Positions 31,020-41,204 of a stretch of DNA of 64,000 nt are shown here, piece after piece. The notes beneath the pieces were generated by a model. It did no database searches. It was not told where the DNA came from and saw only the letters and a program-made list of their open reading frames with translations. The position numbers and the translations under genes are program-made. The DNA comes from an uncultured Acidimicrobiia bacterium (lineage in GTDB: Bacteria; Actinomycetota; Acidimicrobiia; Spongiisociales; UBA5794), in the NCBI GenBank assembly GCA_963792405.1, contig CAWBVU010000005.1, positions 198,628-262,627 of the forward strand. The letters run 5' to 3'. The first letter of the stretch is position 1, and each line of letters begins with the position of its first letter.

Positions 31020-32429
31020 ATGAGGCTCCGCATCCCGCGCCCACGCCAGTTCGGCTCCATGATCCGCGACCTCGCGCGGTCGGATCCCGACGAGGCCGAG
31101 GCGTACCTCGACACCCACCAGGAGACCTGGGAGGAGCTCGCGGAACGCAACCCGCACGACGCCGCGGACATCCTCGAGGCCATCGACGAGGAAGGGGCTG
31201 CGGACCTGCTTCGTGACCTCGACGCGGACGACGCCGGCGACGTGCTCGACGAGATGCGCCCGGAGGCGGCAGCCGACATCCTCCAGGAGCTGGAGCCGGC
31301 TCGCGCCGCACAGCTCGTGTCCGAGATGGAGACTGATCAGGCCGTCGACGTGATCGGCGCCCTCGATGCATCCGACAGGACGGCCATCCTCGCGGAGCTC
31401 GACGCGGATACCGCCCTCGAGGTGGAGCGCCTGTTGATGTTCGCCGCCGACACGGCGGGCGGCATGATGACGACCGACATCGCGATGCTGCCTGCGGGCA
31501 TCACCGCAGGTGAGGCGATCGAGTCACTGCGGCGCCTCCACGACGAGCTCGGCTCGAACCTCCTCTACGTGTACGTGGTCGACGACGATGACCGCCTCCT
31601 CGGGGTCGTGTCGTTCCGCGACCTCGTGTTCGCCAGACCGGGGATGGGACTGGACGAGGTCATGGAGCCCAACGTCGTCAGCGTCCATACCGACACTGAC
31701 CGCGAGCAGGTCACCGAGCTCGTCCAGAGGTATCGACTGATCGCGATCCCCGTCGTGGATGAGAACGCCAGGCTCGTCGGCATGGTCAAGGTCGCGGAGG
31801 CCCTCGAGGCCATCCAGGCCGAAGCAGGCGAGGACCTCGCCGTCATGTTCGGTGCCGGTGACCAGGAATCGGTGTTCACCCCCGTGCGTGAGTCGGTGCG
31901 CCGGAGGCTCCCATGGAACGTGTTCAACCTCGTGGCAGGCTTCGCGACGGTGTTCGTCGTCGCACAGTTCGATGACACCCTCGCCACGTATTCGGTGCTG
32001 GCCGCGTTCATGCCACTGGTCGCGGGCCTGTCAGGGAACAGCGGCGCACAGGCGATCGCCGTGACGATCCGTTCGCTCTCCGTCGGTGACCTCCCACGGG
32101 GAAGGGAGTTCAGGGCGATCCGGCGCGAGATGCAGATCGGGCTCATCCGCGGCGTCGTGCTCGCGACGGTCGGAGCCGTCCTCGCCGCCCTCGCGGTCGG
32201 GATCCTCGGAGGTGCCACGGACGGCCTGACGGCGCTCGACCTCGCCGTCATCGTGTGGATCTCGACCATGGTGGGACTCGCCACGGCGGCCTTCGTCGGT
32301 GCGTCGATCCCTCTGCTGCTCAGGCGCCTCGGACAGGATCCTGCGCTCGCGTCGAACATCTTCTTGACGATGATCACCGACGCCGTGGGGTTCGGCAGCT
32401 TCCTGCTCGTCGCCAGCCTGCTGCTCTGA
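31020..32429 (+). CDS. mgtE: Magnesium transporter MgtE
   Basis: MgtE N-domain, CBS pair, and C-terminal TM domain with PLVAGLSGNSGAQ. Confidence 0.85.
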   Translation: MRLRIPRPRQFGSMIRDLARSDPDEAEAYLDTHQETWEELAERNPHDAADILEAIDEEGAADLLRDLDADDAGDVLDEMRPEAAADILQELEPARAAQLVSEMETDQAVDVIGALDASDRTAILAELDADTALEVERLLMFAADTAGGMMTTDIAMLPAGITAGEAIESLRRLHDELGSNLLYVYVVDDDDRLLGVVSFRDLVFARPGMGLDEVMEPNVVSVHTDTDREQVTELVQRYRLIAIPVVDENARLVGMVKVAEALEAIQAEAGEDLAVMFGAGDQESVFTPVRESVRRRLPWNVFNLVAGFATVFVVAQFDDTLATYSVLAAFMPLVAGLSGNSGAQAIAVTIRSLSVGDLPRGREFRAIRREMQIGLIRGVVLATVGAVLAALAVGILGGATDGLTALDLAVIVWISTMVGLATAAFVGASIPLLLRRLGQDPALASNIFLTMITDAVGFGSFLLVASLLL

Positions 32430-32436
32430 TGCCGGA

Positions 32437-32946
32437 TCAGCTGCCGAGCACCGCGGACGCCGTGCCCTCGAAGGGACCGAGGTACACGATGCGGTATCCG
32501 TCGTCGAGCCTCGCGAGGTAGTGCGCCGCAGCTGACGCGCGGTCGGCGTCGGTCGCCTCCGGATTGGCGACGACGTTCGCCGCCTGCGCGTCGTCCACGA
32601 TGTGGAGGACGGTCACGGGTGGGAACAGTTCAACGACCTCCGCGATCACGTCGTAGATGTCGAGGTCGGTGAGCGTGACATATGAGGTCGGGTCGAGGAG
32701 CACGACCACCTCGTCACCGTTGCCCTCGGTCGCGGCCCTCGACACGATCTGGTACTCCGGCGGCGTGAGCTGGGAGATCGGCATGGTGCTCGTCGTCGAG
32801 GTCGTCACCTGCGTGGTGGTCGTCGTGGCGGGAAGGGTCGTGACGGTCACGGCGACGGTCGAGGTGGGATCCTCGCTGCTCGACGTGCACGAGGCGATCG
32901 CCAATGCGACCGACATGAACACCACGGCACGTTTCCCGCGCAGCAT
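32437..32946 (-). CDS. Lipoprotein, hypothetical
   Basis: Lipobox IASC followed by a Thr-rich linker. Confidence 0.45.
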   Translation of the reverse strand: MLRGKRAVVFMSVALAIASCTSSSEDPTSTVAVTVTTLPATTTTTQVTTSTTSTMPISQLTPPEYQIVSRAATEGNGDEVVVLLDPTSYVTLTDLDIYDVIAEVVELFPPVTVLHIVDDAQAANVVANPEATDADRASAAAHYLARLDDGYRIVYLGPFEGTASAVLGS

Positions 32947-32965
32947 GACCCGATCCTACTTCGGC

Positions 32966-33383
32966 TCAGCGATCGGCACCGAGTTCGCTCCACTCGGCGT
33001 AGGTGATGCCGTCCATGAACGGCGCGTGCATCACAACGGGGAACAAGGAGGCGACCGCCTCGAATCGGTCGGCGTCGGGGGCCTTCTCGAGCAGGTGCAT
33101 GGCGAGGTCGAGCTGGGGCCGCCACGCCCTCGCGCCGAGGGCGACGTCGACTCGGGATCGCCAGTCGTCGGATGCGTCCGGGCGCTCTGCGCCCTGCCAG
33201 TGGGCGGCGAGGCGCCGTGCTGCGCCGATCACCCGCCTCAGGTAGCGGGCGACATCCCTGTCGACGTCGGGGCCGCTCCCGACCGATTCGGCCCAATCGG
33301 CGAATGCCTGCTCGGTCCACCGATCGGGCTTCGTCACGCATGACCGGTAGAGCTCGTCGACATCGGACAGGAGCGTGCTCACG
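32966..33383 (-). CDS. Hypothetical protein
   Basis: GTG start overlaps the upstream stop (GTGA); 139 aa; the longer track ORF is an artefact. Confidence 0.35.
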
Positions 33384-34218
33384 ACCCCGTCTCTCCGGCG
33401 ACCAGATCCCTGAATCCCGCGGCAAGTGCCGTGACCACGGGACCGACCGCAAAGGTGGTGTCCGCCACGGCGACGACGGGGAGCACCTGGCGCACGGTCG
33501 ACATCACGAACACCTCGTCTGCAGCGAGGAGATCCTGCTCCAGGAACCGCCCCTCCCTCACGGGGATGCCGAGACCCTGTGCGACCTCGATCGTGGCCTC
33601 TCTGGTGATCGACGCCAGGATGTGGCTTCCGAGACCGGGGGTGCACATCGCACCGTCCGCCACCCAGCCGAGGCTGAATGTCGGGCCCTCGAGCACCACG
33701 CCCCCGGATCCGATGAGGGCGGCATCGTCGTAGCCGCGGCGTCTCGCCGCGATCGTGGCCGCGAGGTTGGGGCCGTAGGACAGGGTCTTCGCCCCGGTGA
33801 GCTCGGACGTCTTCCCATCTGCGTGCCACGGCGCCTCGATCAGGTCGAGGCGAACGGATGCAGGGATGTCCGGAAGGGCCTCCATGAACACGACGACCAC
33901 GTTGTCGGTCCCCGGATGCTTCGCATCGGTTCCTCCGGTCACATAGACCCGGAGGACCCCGTCGCCGGGCGAGGCCGCTTCCATGCACCAGCTGACGAGG
34001 TCGTACCTCGGCGGCAGCTCGATCAGGAGGTTCTCGGCACTCCTCGCAAGGCGCTCGAGATGGCCATCGAGCCTGAACGGCACGCCTCCATAGGCGCGCA
34101 TCGCCTCGAAGCACCCGTACCCGCGCTGGAAGCCGATGTCGAAGACGCTGACACCTGCGGCGGACGGGTCGGTGGGAACCCCGTTGATCAGCACAGGCCC
34201 GAGTGACCGACCCGTCAC
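33379..34218 (-). CDS. Class IV aminotransferase (aminodeoxychorismate lyase or branched-chain/D-amino-acid aminotransferase-like)
   Basis: FGYGCFEAMRAY and RSAENL motifs typical of the fold-type IV PLP family. Confidence 0.65.
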   Translation of the reverse strand: MTGRSLGPVLINGVPTDPSAAGVSVFDIGFQRGYGCFEAMRAYGGVPFRLDGHLERLARSAENLLIELPPRYDLVSWCMEAASPGDGVLRVYVTGGTDAKHPGTDNVVVVFMEALPDIPASVRLDLIEAPWHADGKTSELTGAKTLSYGPNLAATIAARRRGYDDAALIGSGGVVLEGPTFSLGWVADGAMCTPGLGSHILASITREATIEVAQGLGIPVREGRFLEQDLLAADEVFVMSTVRQVLPVVAVADTTFAVGPVVTALAAGFRDLVAGETGS

Positions 34219-35921
34219 GGCCGGAACCCGTTCGTGATGGGCAAACGGCGATCCCTCCCGAAGGCCTTGAGCGTGATCTTGACACCGGGGGCGGCCTGTC
34301 GGCGCTTGTACTCGTTCCGATCCACCATCGAGGCCACCTCGCGCGCCAGTGCCTCATCGACGCCGGACGCCGCGATCTCGGCTGCCGTCATGTCGAGCTC
34401 GATGTAGCGGTAGAGGATGTCGTCGAGCACCGGGTACGGGGGCAGGGAGTCCTCGTCCAGCTGATCGGGACGCAGCTCCGCCGAGGGTGCCTTGTCGAGG
34501 ATCGCGGTCGGGATGACGTCAGAGACGGTGTTGCGCCAGCGTGCGAGATCGTAGACCATCGTCTTGTAGACGTCCTTGAGCACCGCGTATCCGCCTGCCA
34601 TGTCCCCGTAGAGCGTCGCGTACCCCACCGCCATCTCCGACTTGTTGCCCGTCGCCACCACCATGCCGCCATGCTTGTTGGCAATCGCCATCAGGATCGT
34701 GCCGCGGATGCGAGCCTGCAGATTCTCCTCGGCGACGTTGGCGGGCGCATCCCCGAACGCTGGCGCGAGCGCGTCGAGGAACCCGCTGAAGACACCGTCG
34801 ATGGGGATCGTGTCGAACCTGATGCCGAGCCGTTCGGCGAGGTCGAGGGAATCCTCCACCGACCCGACGGACGAGTAGCGCGACGGCATCGTGACGCCGT
34901 GCACGGCCTCGGCACCGAGGGCATCTGAGGCGATCACGGCGGTCAGCGCGGAGTCGATGCCCCCGCTGAGGCCGATCACGACCTCTGCGAAGCCGTTCTT
35001 GCGGACGTAGTCGCGAAGTGCCGTCACGAGTGCGAGGTACACCTCCTCGAGTTCGCCCGGCTCCGGTGCGATCGTGGGCGGGTCGATCGTGCTCCGCGCC
35101 GTGCGAGCTCCCGAGACCTCCACGATGGGGAGGAGGGGGGATGTTCCGACATCGATCGGGATGTCGACGAGGAAGCGGGCCTCGACGAACTCGGGCGACC
35201 TGGCGAGCACCATCCCGTCCGGAGCGATCACCGTCGATCCCCCGTCGAAGACGAGCTCATCCTGGCCGCCGACCGAATTGACGTAGACGACGTGGCAGCC
35301 GCCCGTGGCCGCCCGTTCGGACAGCATGGCTACCCGCTCCGCGCGCTTGAACACGTGGAAGGGGGAACCGTTGATGTTCAGGAGGACCGCGGCGCCCCCG
35401 ACGGCCTGTCCGGTTGGCGGGCCGCCCTCGTCCCAGATGTCCTCACAGATCGAGATACCGCAGAGCACGGACCCGATCGAGTGGAGCCGAAGTGGATCAC
35501 GCGACTCGGCGAAGTAGCGGGCCTCATCGAACACCCCGTAGTTCGGGAGGAGGGTCTTGTGGTAGACGTCGACGAGGCGTCCCCCGTGCAGTACGGCTGC
35601 GGCATTGGCGACGTCCCTCGCAACGGCATCGTCGTCCTTGCGACCTGCCTCGAGCCTGTCGACGAACCCCACGACGACCGTCGTGTCGCCCGACTCGGCC
35701 GCGAGGTGCTCGAGCGCCCGCAGGTTGGCGTCCACGAACCCTTCGCGCAGCACCAGATCCTCTGGCGGATAGCCGCAGACCGCCAGCTCCGGGAGTGCGA
35801 GGACGTCGGCGTCATGGGCCTCGGCCCACCGCATGGCTTCGAGGATCCGCACCTCGTTCCCTGGGATGTCCCCCACCACGAGGTCGAGCTGGGCGCCTGC
35901 GACGCGCAGCGATCGCGTCAC
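34215..35921 (-). CDS. nadE: Glutamine-dependent NAD+ synthetase
   Basis: N-terminal nitrilase (CN hydrolase) domain plus C-terminal NAD synthase SGGIDS motif. Confidence 0.85.
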   Translation of the reverse strand: MTRSLRVAGAQLDLVVGDIPGNEVRILEAMRWAEAHDADVLALPELAVCGYPPEDLVLREGFVDANLRALEHLAAESGDTTVVVGFVDRLEAGRKDDDAVARDVANAAAVLHGGRLVDVYHKTLLPNYGVFDEARYFAESRDPLRLHSIGSVLCGISICEDIWDEGGPPTGQAVGGAAVLLNINGSPFHVFKRAERVAMLSERAATGGCHVVYVNSVGGQDELVFDGGSTVIAPDGMVLARSPEFVEARFLVDIPIDVGTSPLLPIVEVSGARTARSTIDPPTIAPEPGELEEVYLALVTALRDYVRKNGFAEVVIGLSGGIDSALTAVIASDALGAEAVHGVTMPSRYSSVGSVEDSLDLAERLGIRFDTIPIDGVFSGFLDALAPAFGDAPANVAEENLQARIRGTILMAIANKHGGMVVATGNKSEMAVGYATLYGDMAGGYAVLKDVYKTMVYDLARWRNTVSDVIPTAILDKAPSAELRPDQLDEDSLPPYPVLDDILYRYIELDMTAAEIAASGVDEALAREVASMVDRNEYKRRQAAPGVKITLKAFGRDRRLPITNGFRP

Positions 35922-37072
35922 AGGCCCTCCACCGTCTCGTCGATGAGGTGATCGACCACCGCCCTCAGGGCCTCCTCGTTGTCGGCTCCGGCGGTGAGGG
36001 CGTCCCGATACACGGCCCGCTGGCGGTCGGCGCTCGTGCCCTCCGCAGTGATCGCCCGGACACGCCGCACCTCGTCGAGCGAACCGAGCGCGTTTGCCTG
36101 GTCCTCCACGAGGTCGACGAGCTCGTCCGCGAGCCTCGCCATCGGGACGAGCTCACCCCTCCCGAAGTCGATGAGGGATTCCTCGACGCCATAGCGCTGC
36201 GCCCGCCAGTTGTTCTCGGCGATCAGCATCCGCGAGTAGATGCGCCATCGCTGGTTGTGGGTGCGGCGTTCGTACAGCATCGCGAGCAGTGCCTGGTAGA
36301 GGGCGGCGATGGAGACGGCGTCCTCGTAGCGCGTGCACACGTCCGATGAGCGCATTTCGAGCGTGGGATAGCGGGCGGAGGGCCGGATGTCCCACCACAG
36401 CTTCGTGGAGTCCTCGATGACGCCGGTTCGCACCAACACGTTGACGTGCCGCTGATATTCGGCCCAGTCGTTGAACTCGTCGGGAATGCCCGTGCGGGGC
36501 AGTGCCCGGAACACGGCGGGCCGATAGCTCTTGAGACCCGTGTCGTCCCCGTGCCAGAAGGGCGAGGAGCCGGAGAGGGCCAGGATGTGCGGGAGGAAGT
36601 AGCAGACCTGGTTCATGAGGTCGATGCGGAGGTCCTGGTCGCCGATCTCGACGTGGACGTGCATCCCGCAGATGAGCAGCCTCCTCACCACTCCCTGGAG
36701 GGCGAGTTCGAGGAGCCGGTAGCGCTCCTTGTCGGTGTACTGCTGATCACCCCACACGGCGAAGGGGTGGGTCGACGCGGAGATGATCGCCATCCCGTGA
36801 TCGGACACCGTGTCGGACACGAAGCGTCGCAGCTCACGGAGGTACTCGCCGAGTTCGGTGACGTTGCGGCTGACGGGCGTGCCGATCTCGATCTGTGAAC
36901 GGAGGAACTCCGGACTCGTCATGCCGAGCGGAGGCGACTCGAGCGCCACCTTGAGGGAATCCGGGAGGTCGGCGACGAGGTTGCGGGTCGACCGGTCGAC
37001 GACGAAGTACTCCTCCTCGACACCGATCGTGAACGTCGGTTCCTCCGGGCTCATCGTCACTCTCCTCGGCAT
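35918..37072 (-). CDS. ybdK: Carboxylate-amine ligase YbdK (GCS2 family)
   Basis: TIGVEEEYFVVD motif and GCS2 homology. Confidence 0.8.
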   Translation of the reverse strand: MPRRVTMSPEEPTFTIGVEEEYFVVDRSTRNLVADLPDSLKVALESPPLGMTSPEFLRSQIEIGTPVSRNVTELGEYLRELRRFVSDTVSDHGMAIISASTHPFAVWGDQQYTDKERYRLLELALQGVVRRLLICGMHVHVEIGDQDLRIDLMNQVCYFLPHILALSGSSPFWHGDDTGLKSYRPAVFRALPRTGIPDEFNDWAEYQRHVNVLVRTGVIEDSTKLWWDIRPSARYPTLEMRSSDVCTRYEDAVSIAALYQALLAMLYERRTHNQRWRIYSRMLIAENNWRAQRYGVEESLIDFGRGELVPMARLADELVDLVEDQANALGSLDEVRRVRAITAEGTSADRQRAVYRDALTAGADNEEALRAVVDHLIDETVEGL

Positions 37073-37099
37073 CAGCGTAGACCATCGGGCTCGAGCCGG

Positions 37100-38122
37100 T
37101 CACGGCACGATCAGGAGACCCTCCCCATCGAGTGCCAGTCGGAGAGCGCCTTCTTCGCCCGGCCTCACGGAGAGGGTGAGCACGCCACCGCCGCCGTGGG
37201 GGGCATGGCGCATCTGGATGTCCCGCACGTCCACGCCCGAGGCCTCCAGGGCATGCCCGACCTTGGCGAGCTCCCCCGGCCTGTCGGCGAGCGCGATCCT
37301 CACCTGGGAGACGGGTGAGCCGAGCCCCTGCCTCGTCGCCCTGGCCCTCGACAGGATCGTCAGGAGCGAGTCGTCGTCGGACAGGATCGCCGCCTCCAGG
37401 GCGGAGAGGCGCTCGCGTAGGGCGCCGATCGCATGAAGCACGGCGTCGCCATTGGTCTTGAGGATCTCCACCCAGGGAACGGGGAGCGATGCGCCGACCC
37501 TCGTCAGGTCGCGAAAGCTGCCCGCCGCGAGGGTGAGCGAGTCCGGGCTCGCCGCAGCCGCGTCGAGGAGGCCGCTGGCGACGATCTGCGGGAGATGGCT
37601 GATCAGTGCGACTGCCCGGTCATGGTCGACGGCGGACATGGTGACGGGTCTTCCTCCGAGGTCCTCGATCACGGCCGCGACCTGTTCCGTCGCCGCCGGA
37701 TCGGCCCCATCCACGATCACCCACGTGGCACCGCTGAACAGTGCCGGGCTCGCTGCCTCGGGTCCCGAGACCTCGCGGCCTGCCATCGGGTGCGTCGCGA
37801 CGAAGCGGGGAAGGTGGGACGAGACATCGATCACCGCCTGCTTGACGCCGGCGACGTCCATCACGACGGCATCGGTGTGGAGGTTGGCGAGGATCTCGAT
37901 CGTGGCCTTCGGTGGTGCGGCGACGACCACGAGCTGTGCATCCGCGACGGACGCCTGGAGGGTGTCCGCGACCTCGTCGACCAGGCCACGCTCGACGGCC
38001 ACGGCGATGGCCGATGCGTCGGCATCGTGTCCGACGACCCGCCAGCCCGACGCGCGGAGGCCCGATGCGATCGAGCCCCCGATCAGGCCCGTGCCGATGA
38101 CTGCCGCCGTGCGAGTGGACAC
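37100..38122 (-). CDS. tyrA: Prephenate dehydrogenase with a C-terminal ACT-like domain
   Basis: VIGTGLIGGSIASGL Rossmann motif; GTG start at 38122; the longer track ORF is an over-extension. Confidence 0.7.
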   Translation of the reverse strand: MSTRTAAVIGTGLIGGSIASGLRASGWRVVGHDADASAIAVAVERGLVDEVADTLQASVADAQLVVVAAPPKATIEILANLHTDAVVMDVAGVKQAVIDVSSHLPRFVATHPMAGREVSGPEAASPALFSGATWVIVDGADPAATEQVAAVIEDLGGRPVTMSAVDHDRAVALISHLPQIVASGLLDAAAASPDSLTLAAGSFRDLTRVGASLPVPWVEILKTNGDAVLHAIGALRERLSALEAAILSDDDSLLTILSRARATRQGLGSPVSQVRIALADRPGELAKVGHALEASGVDVRDIQMRHAPHGGGGVLTLSVRPGEEGALRLALDGEGLLIVP

Positions 38123-38215
38123 CCGAACCCCACATCCTCGATGGCCGTCAGGGTAGGTGCCCTCCGCGGCGACGCGGCAGGGTGTGCCCGCGTCCGGCGA
38201 CCTAGCCTGAAGGTG

Positions 38216-39154
38216 ATGCGACGGGTGTTGGTCACAGGTGCCGGGAGCTGGACCGGCGGTCAGCTGGTCCGCAGGCTCGAGCGACGCGGCGACGTCGGTG
38301 TGTTCGCCGTGGACGATGTGTCCCCAGTGGTCGCGTTCGATTCGGAGTTCGCCAGGCTCGACCTCGACCGGCTGGCCCTCGCCCGGTTCGTCCTCGAGGT
38401 GGAACCGGATGTCGTCATGCACCTCCAGTCCGTCCATCGCACTGCTGAGGAAGGCAGGCGGATGGAGTCCGAGGAGCGCATCATCGGCGCGCTCGCCCTC
38501 TTCGGGGCGATCCAGCGGATCGGCACCGTCGAGTCCGTGATCGTGAAGTCCGACACCGCGATCTATGGGTCACACCCTCGCAATCCCTCCGTCCTGTCGG
38601 AGGGCACGCGACCCCAGGGCCGACCGAGCAGGTACCAACGGGACCTCACCGAGATGGAGCGCTTCGTCGGCGACCTCGCCGAGCGCCTCCCCGACGTGAC
38701 GTTCACAGTGCTCCGCTTCGCTCCGATCTTCGGACCCCGCGTGGGGAACCCGATCAGCAGGTACCTGACCCTCCCGGTCGTGCCGACCTTGCTCGGATTC
38801 GATCCCCGACTCCAGTTCACCGACGAACGCGACGCGGTCGCCGTGCTCGAGCATGCGCTCGACCACCCCGTCGAAGGCACGTTCAATGTCGCAGGAGACG
38901 GCGTCATGTACCTGTCGAGGATCCTTCGGCTCGGTCGACGTGCCCCCCAGCCGTTCCCCGGTCGATCGTTCGACACGGTCATCCGCACCCTGTCGCGTGT
39001 GGACCTGCGGGTTCCCGACCACGTGACCGGCCTCCTCAAGCATGGGCGGGTCGTCGACACCGCCCGCATGCACGACGTCCTCGGGTTCTCCCCCGACCAC
39101 ACCTGCCGACAGACCGTGCTCAACGCCTATCACCCCTCCGAGGTGGACTCGTGA
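38216..39154 (+). CDS. NAD-dependent epimerase/dehydratase family protein
   Basis: MRRVLVTGAGSWTGGQLV Rossmann N-terminus. Confidence 0.7.
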   Translation: MRRVLVTGAGSWTGGQLVRRLERRGDVGVFAVDDVSPVVAFDSEFARLDLDRLALARFVLEVEPDVVMHLQSVHRTAEEGRRMESEERIIGALALFGAIQRIGTVESVIVKSDTAIYGSHPRNPSVLSEGTRPQGRPSRYQRDLTEMERFVGDLAERLPDVTFTVLRFAPIFGPRVGNPISRYLTLPVVPTLLGFDPRLQFTDERDAVAVLEHALDHPVEGTFNVAGDGVMYLSRILRLGRRAPQPFPGRSFDTVIRTLSRVDLRVPDHVTGLLKHGRVVDTARMHDVLGFSPDHTCRQTVLNAYHPSEVDS

Positions 39155-40365
39155 GACCATCCGACCTCGAATCGCTCACGAAGGCCGAGCTTCTCGTCCT
39201 CGCTCGCGAGGCGTCGATCCGGGGACGCTCGTCGATGACGAAGGCAGAGCTCGTCGCGGCGCTGTCCTCCGATTCGGGTGCCAGTGGGCTGACGGGGCAC
39301 CCGAGCATCGTCGAAGGGCTCGGCTCGATCCCCATCCCGGGCGTGTCCATCGAGGACCGCATCGAGGCCAGGGAGCGCAGGGCAGCACTCCAGCACCGGC
39401 TTGCCGGGTTCGTGGACCCGTCCACCCACTGCCCCTGGATGAGCATCGAGGGGCATCCCTGTGGCCTCCCCGTGGTGGCGGGATACAGCAGCTGCGGCCT
39501 TCACGGTGGCGGCGACATCGCCGACGTCGCGATCCCGATCACGGGGGTCCTCGGCTTCTCCTCGTGGCCGACACTGTGGCGCCACCTCACCCTTGCCACG
39601 TACGACGCCGATCCCTTCGGTCTCGACCCGATCGTGGCCGAGATGGCATGGCATGTGCTCAACGGCTTCTACTACGACTACTTCCGCGTCGAGGTCGAGG
39701 GCATCGAGCACGTTCCCGAGAGTGGTGCAGGGGTGGTGGTCGCCAACCATGGCGGCGCAGCGCTCCCCTACGACGCGGCGATGCTCACCCTCGCCGTGCT
39801 GAACGAGTGCCCGGTGCCACGGCGGCTGCGAGTCGTCGGCACGGAGATCTTCAACATGCTCCCCGGCATCTCCCACCTGTATCGCAAGGTCGGTGCGGCG
39901 TACGCCGCGAGGGACGATGCGAGGGCGATCCTCGAACGTGGTCACCTCCTCGGCGTGTTCCCCGAGGGTGAACGCGGCTTCATGAAGCCCGTGTGGGACG
40001 CCTACCGGGTGGGTCGGCTCGGCCGGGGAGGGTTCATCGAGATCGCCGAGGAGGCGGGTGCACCGATCGTCCCCGTGGCCATCGTCGGATCCGAGGAAGT
40101 GCATCCTGCCGTGATGACGTCGAAACGACTGGCACGCATCGTCCGCATGTTCTTCCCCGAGCAGCGGGTCGAGGAGATCGCCATCGCTCTCAACCCGATC
40201 CCCTTGCCGGTGCGCTGGCGCATCAGGTTCCTGGAGCCCGTCGCGCCGGGCCCGTCCCCCGAAGGGCTCGACGCCCTCGAACAGCTCGAACGTGCCGAGG
40301 ACATCCGACGCTCGATCCAGAGCGCACTCGACGACATGCTGTCGGACCGCCGCACCTCCTTCTAG
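39151..40365 (+). CDS. Acyltransferase (PlsC / lysophospholipid acyltransferase family) with a Rho-N/SAP-like N-terminal motif
   Basis: LTKAELLVLAREASIRGRSSMTKAELVAAL motif, then the acyltransferase VVVANHGG and FPEGER motifs. Confidence 0.65.
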   Translation: MRPSDLESLTKAELLVLAREASIRGRSSMTKAELVAALSSDSGASGLTGHPSIVEGLGSIPIPGVSIEDRIEARERRAALQHRLAGFVDPSTHCPWMSIEGHPCGLPVVAGYSSCGLHGGGDIADVAIPITGVLGFSSWPTLWRHLTLATYDADPFGLDPIVAEMAWHVLNGFYYDYFRVEVEGIEHVPESGAGVVVANHGGAALPYDAAMLTLAVLNECPVPRRLRVVGTEIFNMLPGISHLYRKVGAAYAARDDARAILERGHLLGVFPEGERGFMKPVWDAYRVGRLGRGGFIEIAEEAGAPIVPVAIVGSEEVHPAVMTSKRLARIVRMFFPEQRVEEIAIALNPIPLPVRWRIRFLEPVAPGPSPEGLDALEQLERAEDIRRSIQSALDDMLSDRRTSF

Positions 40366-40383
40366 GAGGAGGCGCCGCTCTAC

Positions 40384-40806
40384 AGACGCCTCCCGCACCG
40401 CACTCCCCCCTCTGCCCTCCGGGCATCTCCCCCAAAGGGGAGAAGGAAGGGTGGAGCGAAGCGACGCAGAGAGGGCCTACTGCACGTCTCTCCCCGCGGG
40501 AGAGACGCGGAGCGAAGCGACGCAGAGAGGGCCTCCTGCAACGTCTCTCCCCGCGGGAGAGACGCGGAGCGAAGCGACGCAGAGAGGGCCGCAGTCCAGA
40601 CGCCTCCCGCACCGCTCCCCCCTCTGCCCTCCGGGCATCTCCCCCAAAGGGGGAGAAGGAGAATGAGACGGACGCCTCCCGCACCGCACTCCCCCCTCTG
40701 CCCTCCGGGCATCTCCCCCAAAGGGGGAGAAGGAGCATGGCTCAGGCATCTCCCCCAAAGGGGGAGAAGGAAGCATGGCTCGGGCATCTCCGCCAAAGGG
40801 GAGAGT
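40384..40806. repeat. Intergenic array of hairpin-forming direct repeats (two unit families)
   Basis: Unit A (about 64 bp, three full copies at about 40384, 40597 and 40669, plus two partial copies) contains the palindrome TCTCCCCCAAAGGGGGAGA. Unit B (about 56 bp, tandem 2.5 copies at 40456-40591) contains the palindrome CGTCTCTCCCCGCGGGAGAGACG. Confidence 0.85.
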
Positions 40807-40820
40807 GGTATGGCAGAGTG

Positions 40821-40836
40821 CTTGCAATTGCAAGCG
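40821..40836. promoter_or_regulatory. Perfect 16-bp palindrome GCTTGCAATTGCAAGC (candidate operator) 24 nt upstream of the XRE gene
   Basis: An additional TGCAAG half-site follows 14 nt downstream. Confidence 0.4.
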
Positions 40837-40859
40837 AAGTGCTGTATGCTGCAAGTGGA

Positions 40860-41204
40860 ATGAAGACACCACAGCTTGGTGACGTCGGCACGTTCATCCG
40901 GGAGCAGCGGGAACGGAGTGCGCTGTCGATCAGGAAGCTCGCCGAATTGACGGGCGTATCGAACCCCTACCTCTCGCAGATCGAGCGGGGGGTGCGGACG
41001 CCGTCGGCGGAGATCCTCAGATCGATCGCGGGCGCCCTCTCGATCCGCACCGAGACGCTCTACGAGCGGGCGGGTCTCCTCGAGAGGGACGACCCACCGG
41101 GGGTGATGGACGCCATCGACGCCGACACCAGGCTCACCGATACACAGAAGACAGCCCTGATGGAGATCTACACGAGCTTCATCGCACACGACCAGGAGGG
41201 ATGA
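40860..41204 (+). CDS. XRE-family transcriptional regulator (Rv0474/ClgR-like size)
   Basis: HTH motif LSIRKLAELTGVSNPYLSQIERG. Confidence 0.8.
   Translation: MKTPQLGDVGTFIREQRERSALSIRKLAELTGVSNPYLSQIERGVRTPSAEILRSIAGALSIRTETLYERAGLLERDDPPGVMDAIDADTRLTDTQKTALMEIYTSFIAHDQEG

Noticed and set aside
32966-34357. 463-aa minus-strand ORF
   Set aside because: A compositionally biased open frame overlapping the class IV aminotransferase gene. The real small gene is only 32966-33383, with its GTG overlapping the upstream stop.
37433-38215. N-terminal 260 aa of the 573-aa plus-strand ORF
   Set aside because: This stretch is antisense to tyrA; the epimerase clearly begins at MRRVLVTGAGSW (38216).
40384-40806. 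CRISPR array
   Set aside because: The units abut or nest without unique spacers of regular length, two different unit types alternate, and no cas genes are nearby.
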